From NCBI GenBank assembly GCA_041641305.1, contig JBEPYN010000001.1, positions 768,001 to 832,000 on the forward strand: a DNA stretch of 64,000 nucleotides, read 5' to 3'. Source of the DNA: Nitrososphaerota archaeon (GTDB lineage Archaea > Thermoproteota > Nitrososphaeria_A > Caldarchaeales > Caldarchaeaceae). The notes under the pieces were generated by a model that saw only the letters and a list, made by a program, of their open reading frames with translations, searched no databases and was not told the DNA's origin. The position numbers and the translations under genes were made by a program. Positions 30,159 through 40,856 of this stretch are shown here, piece by piece (positions within the stretch are counted from its first letter, which is position 1; every line of letters starts with the position of its first letter).

Positions 30159-31694
30159 TTACATTTTATAAATTTGTTCTCTTAGTCTATTATCAACGAT
30201 TGCGTTATCCACAACCTCGATAAGTTCGTCCCAATTCTTCAAATTTTCGTGTAGAATAGCCAACATGAACAGCCTTCTGATAATTCTTGCTATTGTTCTA
30301 TCGAAATCTGGGCCTAAGAACCTTTTGGGTTGCATAGCATTTTTAGAAAAGTGCGGTGCGATTTCTTTAATATTTACTTCAGCGTTAGGAAGGTTATCCC
30401 AAAAAAATTTCCCGTCTGTTTTTTCAAAGGGTAAAGAATAAGTTGGTGCATCGGGAAACACCTCTGCACCATGGACTATCTTGCTCCTTGCTCGATATAA
30501 TTCTGTCAGAAATTTACGATGATAGATGGCCTGTTTTTCGTCTCCGCTCGCTAGAAGAGCTCCTCTTAGAGCTAATCTATATGTTATCTCCTCTCTTTCG
30601 CTGTCTTTGGATAGAAGAGTCTCTAGTAGAATGCAGTAGTTTAATATTTCATCCTCAGCATCTCTGGTGGGAACCGATAATCTCTTACCTATGACCTCTA
30701 ACTTTCTCTCCAGCCCTTTCACACGCTTTCTCAGAATCTCTATTTGCCTCCAGACATTCATTAGGTCGGTTACATCTACTGTAATTGTTTTTTTATCAAG
30801 TTTGCTTGGAGGATGAATCGTCAGACCGCTGGCCCACTCATACATTTCTTCCTTTAAATAATCACCAAAATCTAGATTAGGCCATAATATCAGAGAATTT
30901 CCCATCTCATGCAACTCACCTGTGGTAACAATCCGCTTTATATCTATTCCTATCACGTTATGAAAAATTATGCGATGGGATGAATCAGGGAGGGATTCTT
31001 CTTTGTTTTCTCGTATCTTATTGTCCCTCAGCCCAACTAAAAAGACAGAAACCATAAAGTGTCCTAATACTTTTCTTATCATAGAAAAGACATGCTCTAT
31101 GTCAACAGAATCTAGAAATTCAGATACTCTAGCTTTGAAATCCTTTATCTCTAGGATATAAAGGGACCTGCCTTTGTCATCTTTCTGGGAAAAAAGTCTA
31201 AGATTATCATTAAGCCACACTGGTTCTTCATGGATCTCGATCTCGACCGAGGATTCTATGTGGATTTTAATAGGGGTGAGCATGCATCTCTCATCAAAAA
31301 AGGTACAGAGAACGTTCAAAACTTTATCAGGTTTCCCGCTTATCAGTGAATCGTTGATAAAGCTTCTTATAACCTCCACCGCCAACCAGGGTAACTGGCG
31401 CAAATGTGTGGCATTAGATTCTTCCCAATCGTCGGCCTCGACAATTGGCTCGACTTGTTCAAAATATCTTCTGAAGCTCTTGCAGTTAATGAGCTGCTCT
31501 AAGACACGTTGATACTCTGGCAACATTTTCAATGATTCATTGAAAATGGATGCATCGTCGATGTTGAGATTGATATACTTAGGTAAAAGAAGTTCTCCGG
31601 AGACAATCATAGACTTCACCCGCTCGAATAGATATAACATGTCATCACGTAAATCGGAAAACCTCTCGGGCATGATGTTCTTAATTCGTTGCAA
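30159..31694 (-). CDS. ApeA-like HEPN domain protein (putative defence RNase)
   Basis: LETLL..EITYRLALRGALL..LYRARSKIVHG (RX4H motif); AT-rich. Confidence 0.75.
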   Translation of the reverse strand: MQRIKNIMPERFSDLRDDMLYLFERVKSMIVSGELLLPKYINLNIDDASIFNESLKMLPEYQRVLEQLINCKSFRRYFEQVEPIVEADDWEESNATHLRQLPWLAVEVIRSFINDSLISGKPDKVLNVLCTFFDERCMLTPIKIHIESSVEIEIHEEPVWLNDNLRLFSQKDDKGRSLYILEIKDFKARVSEFLDSVDIEHVFSMIRKVLGHFMVSVFLVGLRDNKIRENKEESLPDSSHRIIFHNVIGIDIKRIVTTGELHEMGNSLILWPNLDFGDYLKEEMYEWASGLTIHPPSKLDKKTITVDVTDLMNVWRQIEILRKRVKGLERKLEVIGKRLSVPTRDAEDEILNYCILLETLLSKDSEREEITYRLALRGALLASGDEKQAIYHRKFLTELYRARSKIVHGAEVFPDAPTYSLPFEKTDGKFFWDNLPNAEVNIKEIAPHFSKNAMQPKRFLGPDFDRTIARIIRRLFMLAILHENLKNWDELIEVVDNAIVDNRLREQIYKM

Positions 31695-31835
31695 CTAGAT
31701 AAGCCTTTTATTATTCGATCTCGACACTGTCACTTTTTAAAGTTTTCCAGCTTATTACCTTGTGGCTTGATTTTTTCTTTCTCTATCGGCTCTTGAATCT
31801 TTGTCTAGGTGTTTCTCTGTCATGTTATCTTCTTT

Positions 31836-32085
31836 ATGGGTTGTTGGTGGGAGGTGGATGAGCGGCTCATCAGGAGGGGCATCCTTGTACCGGGTCTCAC
31901 GTTCGTCAAGCATTATTGTGCTGGGTTTAGGGAGGTAACTGTGGTAAGAGGGTAGGCCCTTCAAGATACCAGCAGCTATGTTATGGTCCATAGCTGTGTG
32001 AGGTATGTCTTCTCTGTTAGGTTTAGGCAGCTTAAGGGACTCACCAAATTCCTAGAAGGATGTTCCCTATACTGCCGAGTATTCT
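31836..32085 (+). mobile_element. Degenerate IS5-family (IS903-like) transposase N-terminal remnant
   Basis: Frameshifted VDERLIRRGIL..GKR/GRPFKI..VRYVFSVRFRQLKGLT; homologous to 41626-41784. Confidence 0.65.
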
Positions 32086-32234
32086 TAGGTTAGGAGGAGG
32101 GAGCATACAACTCGATAAAACTATACAAGTATCTAGAGAAGTAGGGAGATAGGATCCATAGTCAGGCCTAGGAGGAGCGCTAGGACTGATAGAGGGCCTC
32201 CATCCAGAAGATCTGTTAGGCATTCATACACCAA

Positions 32235-32906
32235 GTGTTTATGAATAGTCTTATGGTGTTAACCATTTCGACCAAACCGGGTAATGTTTGCTGGTTAACA
32301 AGACTCTCTGGGCTGGGCACCGGGGTTTTCGCTAAAGTGATTGAGCAGCAGCCCTTGGATGGCGGATGGAGAAACCAGTTTTTCCGTATATCCGCGGACA
32401 ATAAAGCAGGTGAGATTGAATCTTTTCTCAAAACCGAAAAATCTTTTCATGAGTTGCGGATTATCAAGTCTGGTGACGGCCTCATCTATGGCACTGCTTT
32501 GGTGAAGTGCGGCAAAGCATGCGGGATAGAGGAAGCCGGTCCATGTATACTTAGGAGCGTCAGCACAGGCTCGGATGGTCGTGTTATCTGGAGCTTAATA
32601 GGAACAAGCACAGCGTTACAGAAGTTCATGCGGAGGCTTTCAGAGAGGGGAATTATGTATGAGACGCTAGAGATGCGTGTTGTGAAACCTAAAGGAGGCC
32701 TCACCAGCAGGCAGGAGCTGATGATAAAGGCCGCTCTCGAGCTCGGTTTCTTCGACTATCCCAAGAAGATACATGTAAAGGAGCTGGCTCAACTCTTCGG
32801 CATAACACCTGCCACATTCACAGAGACTATGAGGAAGGCTTTGAAGAAGATTGTTAAGGAACATGTGACGTTAGCCGGCAGCTTTGATGAGATAAGATTA
32901 AGATAA
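32235..32906 (+). CDS. Bat/HTH_10 family transcriptional activator
   Basis: C-terminal LTSRQE..ALELGFFDYPKK..ELAQLFGI..RKA. Confidence 0.88.
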   Translation: MFMNSLMVLTISTKPGNVCWLTRLSGLGTGVFAKVIEQQPLDGGWRNQFFRISADNKAGEIESFLKTEKSFHELRIIKSGDGLIYGTALVKCGKACGIEEAGPCILRSVSTGSDGRVIWSLIGTSTALQKFMRRLSERGIMYETLEMRVVKPKGGLTSRQELMIKAALELGFFDYPKKIHVKELAQLFGITPATFTETMRKALKKIVKEHVTLAGSFDEIRLR

Positions 32907-32992
32907 TGCAACATATCCTAATATTCTCCGCTCAAAAACCCTAACTTTTTAGGTAGAAAGTCTATTCGGCGCTTAAGCTATTAAACTCCTGT

Positions 32993-35900
32993 ATGGGCGG
33001 TCTGAAACTGAGTAGACGAGATTTCCTAGCACTCGTCCCTTCTTCGGCGCTGTCTGCCGCGGTGTTGGCGGTGCTGCCGGAGGATATTCTGGCCCTCGAG
33101 TATATCGAGCCGATAGACCCCAGAATCAATCCTCTCACAACTTACCCGAATAGGGACTGGGAGAGGGTTTACAGGGACATATACACACCAGATAGTACCT
33201 TTCACTATCTCTGTGCACCCAACGACACCCACGGCTGCCTCCTCAGAGCAAGCGTGAAGAACGGGGTCGTGATATATGCCGACCCCTCCTTCGGATACGG
33301 TAAAGCCACAGACATCTATGGGAACAGAGCATCATCTAGATGGGACCCGCGAGCATGTATAAGCGGCCTCTCGTATGTGAGAAGGTTCTACTCCGACAGG
33401 CGGGTAAAGGGCGCCTATGTGAGGGCCGGGTTTAAGAAATGGGTGGACGCTGGATATCCGCGCGACCCAGCGACAGGTCAACCGCCCCATGAATACTTCT
33501 CGGGACGTGGCAAGGAGGAGTTTGTGAAGGTTTCCTATGAAGAGGCGTTCAGGATAGTGGCTCAGACTCTGTTAAACATAGTAACAACCTATAGTGGGGA
33601 CGAGGGGCAGGCGAGGCTTTTGGCACAAGGATACGACAATGCGATGGTTGAGTCGATGGAGGGAGCTGGCACGAGAACAATCAAGTTTAGAGGCGGCATG
33701 CCCTTCAACGCAGGCATTAGGATAGGCGGGTTCTACCGTTTCGCCAACATGATGGCGTTGCTCGATGCATATGTAAGGGGTGTGGGTCCGGATGAGGCTA
33801 AAGGCTCTCGGGGATGGGATAACTATGCATGGCATACTGACCTGCCGCCCGGCCACCCAATGGTGACGGGTAACAAGACTCTCGACTTCGACCTCTACAC
33901 GGCGGAAAACGCCAAGCTGATTATACTCTGGGGCAAGAACTGGATAGCCACAAAGATGCCTGACGGCCACTGGCTCACCGAAGCGAAGCTGAAGGGAGCA
34001 AAAATTGTTACAATTGCGCCTGAATACCAGTCAAGTAGCTCTAAGGCCGACTATGTCATAATCATTAGAGCTGGGACGGACCAGGCTTTTGCCCTTGGTT
34101 TGGCGCATGTCCTGATAAGAGATAGGCTGTATGATGAGAAGTTTGTCAAGTCATTCACCGACCTGCCGCTGTTGGTGAGGATGGATAACCTAAAGCTTCT
34201 ACGAGCTCGTGACGTCATCGAGGGCTACACTCCTTCACGGCTCAGCAACTTCACAACAGTCCTCAAAACAGGGGAATCACCTCTGCCGCTCATGCTCCAG
34301 AAAGACCAATTGATTCCTGAGAAGCTCAGGGCTGAGTGGGATGATTTCATGGTTTGGGATTATAAAACAAGGCAGCCTCGGGCGGTTACCAGGGACCAAG
34401 TTGGAGAATATTTCACGGGCTTGGATGTTGACCCAGCTCTTGAAGGCGAGTTTGAGGTTAAGCTGGTCGACGGCTCAACTGTGAAGGTTAGGCCGGTCTT
34501 CGACTTGGTCAAACAGTATCTGGAAGCTTTTGACCCCTACACGGTCTCGGAGATAACATGGGCTCCCCCAGACTCTGTCGAGGAGCTGGCCCGCCTTATA
34601 GCGTCCAACAAGACTAGAACCCTCTTCGTCGAGGGTATGGGGCCCAACCACTTCTACCACAGCGACCTCAAAGACCGTGGAATAATACTTGTGGCAAGTC
34701 TCACCAATAACATAGGGCATTTCGGCGGGACCGTAGGCAGCTACGCGGGCAACTACAGAATGGAGCTTCTTAATGGAGCTCTCCAGTGGTTAGTTGAGGA
34801 CCCGTTCAACCCTGAGCTAGACCCGTCCAAGCCAGCTCGGCAGAGAAAGTATTGGAAGGAGGAGTCAGCCCATTACTATGCATACGATGACAGGCCCCTA
34901 CGCATAGGTGGAAAGCTTTTCACAGGCAAGACCCACATGCCCTCACCCACCAAAGCAACCTTCTGGGCCAACACCAACTCCATACTCGGTAACAGCAAGT
35001 GGGCCCATAACATTATGGTCAACACTTTGCCCAAGATTGAGATGATTGTGGTGAACGACTGGCTGTGGACAGCAACCTGCGAATACGCTGACGTGGTCTT
35101 TGGCGTGGACAGCTGGGCTGAGAGAAAGAAGCCCGACATGTACGGCTCGGTCACAAACCCGTTCCTCCAAGCGTGGCCAAGGACACCGCTTCCACGGATA
35201 TATGATACGAGGGATGACTTGGAGGTTTTGGCCGGTATTGCTGAGAAGCTTTCCGAGCTTACCGGTGATAGACGCTTCAGAGAATATTGGCACTTTGTCT
35301 ACGAGGACAAGGTCGAGGTTTACCTGAACAGGGTCTTCCAAGCTGGGAACACAACCAAGGGTTATAGGTTTGAGGAGCTGGAGGAAAGCTGCAAAAAAGG
35401 TACACCCTTCTACATGCTGGTTAGAACAAGTCCACGTATAACGGGGTGGGAGCAGACCAACGAGAGTAGGCCATGGTACACCAAGACTGGACGGCTAGAG
35501 TTCTACCGCGAAGAGGATGAGTTCATCGATTATGGTGAAAACCTCCCCGTATACAGGGAGCCTATAGATAACACACCATACGAGCCAAACGTCATAGTCT
35601 CCAAGCCGCATCCAGCCCTTAAGCCGAAGCTGCCCAGCGACTACGGCATTCCGGTGGGCGACATGTCCACTGAGGTGCGGCAGGTGAGGAACGTTGTCAA
35701 GCCTTGGGAGGAGGTACGTGAAACCAAGCACCCACTCGTTGACATGGGATACGCCCACATCCTCGTCACACCAAAGTACAGACACGCATGCCACACCATG
35801 GGAGCCAGCACGGACCTAGAGGCCACCTATTTCGGGCCGTTCGGCGACTTCTACCGCCATGATAAGCGGAAGCCGTGGGTGAGCGAGGGCTACATTGACA

Positions 35901-36472
35901 TAAATCCCATCGTCGCCAAGAAGCTGGGAATCGAGGACGGTGACTATGTTTGGTGTGATGCAGACCCATCTGACAGGCCATTCGTTGGATGGACAGACAA
36001 GCCCGAGGACTACAAGGTCTTCAGATGGCTTGTTAGGGCTCGCCACTACCCTAACATAGCACCTGGGGTGGCGAGGGCATGGTTCCACTTTTACGTCGCA
36101 ACACACGGCTCGGTTGAAGCTCATGAGAAAAGAGCGGACGGCCTTGCCAAAAACCCACGAACCGGATACCAAGCCGCCTACAGATACGGCAGCCACCAAT
36201 CCACAACAAGAACCTGGTTGAAGCCCACACTACAGACAGATAGCCTAGTCCGAAAAGAATACTATGGCCAGCTTATCGGAAAGGGTTTCGCCATAGACGT
36301 TCATCAAGTGGTTGGAGCGCCCAAGGAATCTTTCGTCAAGATAACTAGGGCGGAGCCTGGTGGAGAGGACCGGAAGGGCCTATGGAGCCCAGCGGCCGCT
36401 GGGCTAAGACCTGCATACGCCAGCGACGAGGTGAAGAAGTATCTTGCAGGCCAGTTTGTGGAGGTGATTTAG
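32993..36472 (+). CDS. nxrA: Tat-exported nitrite oxidoreductase / nitrate reductase alpha subunit (type II DMSO reductase family)
   Basis: SRRDFL Tat motif; FS0 motif CAPNDTHGC..PRAC; NYAWHTDLPPGHP carrying the Asp Mo ligand. Confidence 0.8.
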   Translation: MGGLKLSRRDFLALVPSSALSAAVLAVLPEDILALEYIEPIDPRINPLTTYPNRDWERVYRDIYTPDSTFHYLCAPNDTHGCLLRASVKNGVVIYADPSFGYGKATDIYGNRASSRWDPRACISGLSYVRRFYSDRRVKGAYVRAGFKKWVDAGYPRDPATGQPPHEYFSGRGKEEFVKVSYEEAFRIVAQTLLNIVTTYSGDEGQARLLAQGYDNAMVESMEGAGTRTIKFRGGMPFNAGIRIGGFYRFANMMALLDAYVRGVGPDEAKGSRGWDNYAWHTDLPPGHPMVTGNKTLDFDLYTAENAKLIILWGKNWIATKMPDGHWLTEAKLKGAKIVTIAPEYQSSSSKADYVIIIRAGTDQAFALGLAHVLIRDRLYDEKFVKSFTDLPLLVRMDNLKLLRARDVIEGYTPSRLSNFTTVLKTGESPLPLMLQKDQLIPEKLRAEWDDFMVWDYKTRQPRAVTRDQVGEYFTGLDVDPALEGEFEVKLVDGSTVKVRPVFDLVKQYLEAFDPYTVSEITWAPPDSVEELARLIASNKTRTLFVEGMGPNHFYHSDLKDRGIILVASLTNNIGHFGGTVGSYAGNYRMELLNGALQWLVEDPFNPELDPSKPARQRKYWKEESAHYYAYDDRPLRIGGKLFTGKTHMPSPTKATFWANTNSILGNSKWAHNIMVNTLPKIEMIVVNDWLWTATCEYADVVFGVDSWAERKKPDMYGSVTNPFLQAWPRTPLPRIYDTRDDLEVLAGIAEKLSELTGDRRFREYWHFVYEDKVEVYLNRVFQAGNTTKGYRFEELEESCKKGTPFYMLVRTSPRITGWEQTNESRPWYTKTGRLEFYREEDEFIDYGENLPVYREPIDNTPYEPNVIVSKPHPALKPKLPSDYGIPVGDMSTEVRQVRNVVKPWEEVRETKHPLVDMGYAHILVTPKYRHACHTMGASTDLEATYFGPFGDFYRHDKRKPWVSEGYIDINPIVAKKLGIEDGDYVWCDADPSDRPFVGWTDKPEDYKVFRWLVRARHYPNIAPGVARAWFHFYVATHGSVEAHEKRADGLAKNPRTGYQAAYRYGSHQSTTRTWLKPTLQTDSLVRKEYYGQLIGKGFAIDVHQVVGAPKESFVKITRAEPGGEDRKGLWSPAAAGLRPAYASDEVKKYLAGQFVEVI

Positions 36473-36473
36473 G

Positions 36474-37628
36474 ATGCCGAAGGTATACAACTGGCAGATT
36501 GGCCGCGAGATGGACTACTGGTATGAAGGAGCTAGGCCGAGGAGGCAGGCTGCCGCTGTCTTCGACACCAACAAGTGCATCGCATGCCAGACATGCACGG
36601 TAGCGTGCAAGACCACATGGACTTCTGGGAAGGGTCAGGAGTACATGTACTGGAATAACGTGGAGACCAAGCCGTGGGGCTCCTATCCCTTGGGCTGGGA
36701 TGTCAAGATACTTGCGGCGCTTGGCCGACAGAGGTGGGAGCGCGAAGGCGATAGATATGTTTACAAAGGTAAGACGTTATTTGAGGCGGCCAGCCCCAGC
36801 GAACGCGTCCTGGGATATCTGCCCAGCGACCTGGACTATGCTTACCCCAACAGGGGCGAGGATGAGACAAACGAGGTCTTGGTGGAGGAAAAGTTCTATC
36901 TAAGGATGCCCCATGACCTCTGGTTCTTCTATCTCCCACGCATATGCAACCACTGCACCTACCCGGCATGCCTAGCATCATGCCCCCGACTCGCCATCTA
37001 CAAGAGACCCGAAGACGGCATAGTCCTCGTGGACCAGGCTAGGTGCAGAGGATATAGAGAATGTGTGCAGGCATGCCCCTACAAGAAGGTCTTCTACAAC
37101 CATGTCACACGCATCTCAGAGAAATGTGTCCTCTGCTACCCCGCGGTCGAAAAAGGCCTATGGCCCCGGTGCATGAGGACATGCATTGGCAAGATCAGGA
37201 TGTTCGGCTACCTCAATACACCTGAATACGCGGACCCCGAAAACCCATTGGACTTCCTAGTCCACGTCAAGAAAGTTGGTCTTCCACTGCTTCCACAGCT
37301 TGGGCTCGAGCCCAACATCTACTACATACCTCCCATACACGTGGGCAACATCAATTTCCTGAGGATGCTTTTCGGACCGGGCGTCGACCAAGCCATTCAA
37401 ACCTACAAAAAAGCCATCGCAGGTAGGGACATCGAGCTGGTGGCAGCCCTTCTCCTCAACGTGTCAACCGACAGGATAATGACAAAGTTCAAGGTAATCG
37501 GCTCGAGCGAAGTGGCGGGATACGATGAGAACGGCCACGAGGTTGTGAGAATTCCCATCAAGGAACCTGCTGTGGTGAGGCCTTTCTATGACGACAGGCT
37601 TCAAGTCTATAGGCACAACATCACTTAG
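36474..37628 (+). CDS. nxrB: NXR/NAR beta (Fe-S) subunit
   Basis: MPKVYNWQIGR start; motifs CIACQTC, CNHCTYPAC, CRGYRECVQACPY and CVLC. Confidence 0.85.
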   Translation: MPKVYNWQIGREMDYWYEGARPRRQAAAVFDTNKCIACQTCTVACKTTWTSGKGQEYMYWNNVETKPWGSYPLGWDVKILAALGRQRWEREGDRYVYKGKTLFEAASPSERVLGYLPSDLDYAYPNRGEDETNEVLVEEKFYLRMPHDLWFFYLPRICNHCTYPACLASCPRLAIYKRPEDGIVLVDQARCRGYRECVQACPYKKVFYNHVTRISEKCVLCYPAVEKGLWPRCMRTCIGKIRMFGYLNTPEYADPENPLDFLVHVKKVGLPLLPQLGLEPNIYYIPPIHVGNINFLRMLFGPGVDQAIQTYKKAIAGRDIELVAALLLNVSTDRIMTKFKVIGSSEVAGYDENGHEVVRIPIKEPAVVRPFYDDRLQVYRHNIT

Positions 37629-37630
37629 AG

Positions 37631-38629
37631 GTGGTGAATATGGTGTCGAATAAAAAAGATAGACGCGTGGCCGTGACTCGGATGGCCGGTGCAGCGGACC
37701 GTTTATTCCTTCCCATAATGGCCGGCGCATCATTGTTCATCGCCCTGACTGCAGCATTCTACAGGCAGATTCAGGAGACCATATCCACGCCCAAGTCAAC
37801 TGAGACAAAGGGCCCGAGGCCTGATGTAATAGCCCGCCTAGTTGACAAGGTTCCGGTGAGAGACCCTGACTCGCCCACATGGAGTGAGGTGCCTCTCACT
37901 AGGATAAGCTTGGCCGACCAGTCTATAATCAGACCGCTCAAGCTCAGTGTTCCCAAGGATTCTCTTAATGTGCGAGCAGCCCACGACGGAGAGTTTATCG
38001 GGTTTCTGCTGGAATGGCGCGACAACACAGCTGACACGAGCGCGATTAAGGTTACCGAGTTCAGGGATGCGTGCGCCGTTATGCTCACAAGCTATCCTGC
38101 GCCGCCGGAGGCACGGTTCATGGGCACACAGACGATGCCGGCCACGATACTCCACTGGAAGGCTGACTGGCAAATAGACGTAGAGGAAGGTTTCCAAGAC
38201 CTAGAAAAGGCGTTTCCAAACATATCTGCAGACATGTACCCGCTTCTGAAGGAATCCATAACAGCTGGGAAACCTCCTAAAACCGTGGACCTGCCCGACT
38301 TCGCAAGGATTAGGCTACCGGGGACATGGGTGGGAAACCCAATATCCCAGCCTAAGAAAGAGGTGCCTGTCGAGAAAATAATTGCCAAGGGCCCGGCGAC
38401 AGTGACGACGTTACCCACGCAGGATGCTGTTGGATGGGGAAGATGGAGAGATGGAGTATGGCGTGTGGTGCTGGCGAAGAAGATGAAAGCCTCAGACAAA
38501 ACTGCTGGCGAGATAGACATAGAGAGGGGAAATACCTATTCTGTGGCTTTCACAGTCTGGTTCGGAGACCAAGGCGACAGAGGAGCTAGGAAAAACCCAA
38601 GCATGCTCCACACACTGTACATAGAGTAG
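37631..38629 (+). CDS. Heme b gamma subunit (EbdC/NxrC-like) with an N-terminal membrane anchor
   Basis: Motifs VRAAHDG..LEWRD, FRDACAV, FMG, HWKADWQ, WRVVL and RGARK. Confidence 0.8.
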   Translation: MVNMVSNKKDRRVAVTRMAGAADRLFLPIMAGASLFIALTAAFYRQIQETISTPKSTETKGPRPDVIARLVDKVPVRDPDSPTWSEVPLTRISLADQSIIRPLKLSVPKDSLNVRAAHDGEFIGFLLEWRDNTADTSAIKVTEFRDACAVMLTSYPAPPEARFMGTQTMPATILHWKADWQIDVEEGFQDLEKAFPNISADMYPLLKESITAGKPPKTVDLPDFARIRLPGTWVGNPISQPKKEVPVEKIIAKGPATVTTLPTQDAVGWGRWRDGVWRVVLAKKMKASDKTAGEIDIERGNTYSVAFTVWFGDQGDRGARKNPSMLHTLYIE

Positions 38630-38637
38630 TACCTGGT

Positions 38638-39246
38638 TTGAGCACCCTAGAGAATTACGAGTCAAAACTGCTGGCCACAGCAGCCATATACAGCCTCCTC
38701 TCATCCAGCTTCACATCAGACCCAAAAACCATCCAGAAATCCGTCAACTCCCTCAAAAAAATTTTCGATAGACTTGGGATGAACGCGGAATCAAACCTAG
38801 CGGACAACGTGATAAACATCATCCAGTCAGATGAGAATGCATCCTCGGAGTATGTGCGTCTGTTTGAGATGGGTGTCGCACCACCATGCGAGACCGCATA
38901 CACATGCGTTGAAAACATGGAGAACAGGACCTACGAGCTGGCGGACATAGCGGGCTTCTACAGAGCCTTCAACGTGAAGCAGGCTACCGGTACACCGGAC
39001 CACATAAGAGCTGAGCTAGAGTTTATGGCCCTGCTAATGGTGAAGGAGCTGCTGGCCCATGAAAGCTCTAACGCAGAAGCCTCTGAAACATGCCGCGAGG
39101 CAAGACGAAAGTTCTACGTCGAGCATCTCTCCCGCTGGGTAGGTGAATGGACAAAAAAGGTGAAGGAAAACGCCCGAAAACCGCTCTACATCAACCTCAC
39201 CGAACTCATCTCCAGAATTATATCAAAACATGAATTGGTGATGTGA
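38638..39246 (+). CDS. TorD/DmsD-family molybdoenzyme chaperone
   Basis: Motifs EYVRLF, LADIAGFYRAF and PDHIRAELEFM. Confidence 0.88.
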   Translation: MSTLENYESKLLATAAIYSLLSSSFTSDPKTIQKSVNSLKKIFDRLGMNAESNLADNVINIIQSDENASSEYVRLFEMGVAPPCETAYTCVENMENRTYELADIAGFYRAFNVKQATGTPDHIRAELEFMALLMVKELLAHESSNAEASETCREARRKFYVEHLSRWVGEWTKKVKENARKPLYINLTELISRIISKHELVM

Positions 39247-39369
39247 AACAGGCTAAGCAACTGCTTAGAATCTTCAAGAATGTGGTGGAAGGATTTCTGT
39301 TAAACCTTTACACCAGCCATAAAGCTCGTTGAAAATATTAATTTATTCGCATATGTTGTTGCAATTATA

Positions 39370-40032
39370 ATGAAAAGGGTGGCCCTCAGTTGGAGTGGTG
39401 GAAAAGATTCGGCGATGGCTTACTACACTTTAGCGGCTCAAGAAGACGCGCTTATAGAATTTCTCATCACAAAGTTTAATGAGTTAAACAACAGGGTTAG
39501 CATGCATGGTGTCAGGCTTGACCTTATAGAGATGCAGGCAGAGAAACTCGGAGCCAGACTCCTAACGATCCCCTTACCTCCTAACTGCAGCAATGAAACA
39601 TACTCCGAGAGAATGAAGACATCTCTCAAAAACCTTGCTGCGGAGGGCATAGACACAATTGTTTTCGGTGATATTTTTCTCGAAGACGTGCGCCGCTACA
39701 GGGAGGAGAACCTTGTATCCATAGGCTTCCGCGGAATGTTTCCACTATGGGGCAAAGATACAATGGAGCTGGCCCGAACATTTATAAAACTTGGCTTCAG
39801 AGCGGTCATATGTTGCGTCGACCTTCAGCAAGCTCCCTCATGGCTCATAGGCCGCGAATACAGCTGGGGCCTACTCGAGAACCTACCTAAAGAAGTGGAC
39901 CCATGCGGCGAGAGAGGAGAATTCCACACTTTTGTATATGATGGGCCTATTTTCAAGACACCGATTCAAATCAAGAAAGGCGAAATGGTCCTGCGGGAGG
40001 GGAGATTTCTCTTTCTGGACCTAATTTTATGA
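39370..40032 (+). CDS. Diphthamide-synthase-domain PP-loop ATPase (Dph6-like)
   Basis: Motifs SWSGGKDS, FGDIFL and DPCGERGEFHTFVYDGP. Confidence 0.85.
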   Translation: MKRVALSWSGGKDSAMAYYTLAAQEDALIEFLITKFNELNNRVSMHGVRLDLIEMQAEKLGARLLTIPLPPNCSNETYSERMKTSLKNLAAEGIDTIVFGDIFLEDVRRYREENLVSIGFRGMFPLWGKDTMELARTFIKLGFRAVICCVDLQQAPSWLIGREYSWGLLENLPKEVDPCGERGEFHTFVYDGPIFKTPIQIKKGEMVLREGRFLFLDLIL

Positions 40033-40114
40033 CAGACGTTAGAGAGATGGAACACTGTTTATAGCCGAGGGGTATGCTTTTGTTGTTGACTGGGTATAAA
40101 CTAGGCTTAAATAT

Positions 40115-40540
40115 ATGTTGGGCCATAAGTGGGCTGAGGGCTTCGTTGTGACAAGGCACGAGGATGTTGAACGCTTGTTAGAGAGGTCGATGTGGTTTTT
40201 TGAAACAGCCCTCATGCAGGCTGGCCGTGGGTTTTACGACCTCGCAGTCTTCAGCCTGGAGCAGTCTCTCCAACTATATCTGAAGTCATGTCTTCTGCGG
40301 CTCGGCGTAGACTATCCGAGAACACACAGCGTGAGAAAGCTCTTGGAAATTATCCGCGACATAACTGGGGATAGAGATGTTGAGGAGATTCTATCGAGAT
40401 ATGCTGTCGAGCTAGGCTCGCTGGAAGACGCATACATAACTTCACGATACGTTGCTAGAACCTATACAGCCGGAGAGGTTGAGAGGTTGAAAAACACCGT
40501 GGAGGAAATTAGGAATGTCGTCGGCAGAATTCTTGGTTAA
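40115..40540 (+). CDS. HEPN domain protein (start may be GTG 40148)
   Basis: Motifs YDLAVFSLEQSLQL, PRTHSVR and SRY. Confidence 0.9.
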   Translation: MLGHKWAEGFVVTRHEDVERLLERSMWFFETALMQAGRGFYDLAVFSLEQSLQLYLKSCLLRLGVDYPRTHSVRKLLEIIRDITGDRDVEEILSRYAVELGSLEDAYITSRYVARTYTAGEVERLKNTVEEIRNVVGRILG

Positions 40541-40856
40541 GGAGGCTAAACGCAGGGCGGAGGTGTTCGGAAACCTGCAGCAATACTTAGAGAAGCTGGC
40601 GGCCATCGTCGCGAAACTCGACCCCAATGCAGAGGTTTACCTTTTCGGCAGCGTTGCTGAGAATAAACACCTACTTTCAAGCGATATAGATATACTTGTT
40701 GTGACAGGAAAAAAGCCGGGCGAGGTTCTCGCTGAGCTTTGGCGCGAAGGTATAGGAGACCCGTTTGAGATTCATGTGGTGACAGACGATGTTGTAGAGG
40801 TTTACAGAAGGAGATCCACGCTTGTCAAGATCAACCAGCCGACGCAGAGAAAATAA
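40515..40856 (+). CDS. MNT nucleotidyltransferase antitoxin
   Basis: YLFGSVA..SDIDIL motif. Confidence 0.9.
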   Translation: MSSAEFLVKEAKRRAEVFGNLQQYLEKLAAIVAKLDPNAEVYLFGSVAENKHLLSSDIDILVVTGKKPGEVLAELWREGIGDPFEIHVVTDDVVEVYRRRSTLVKINQPTQRK

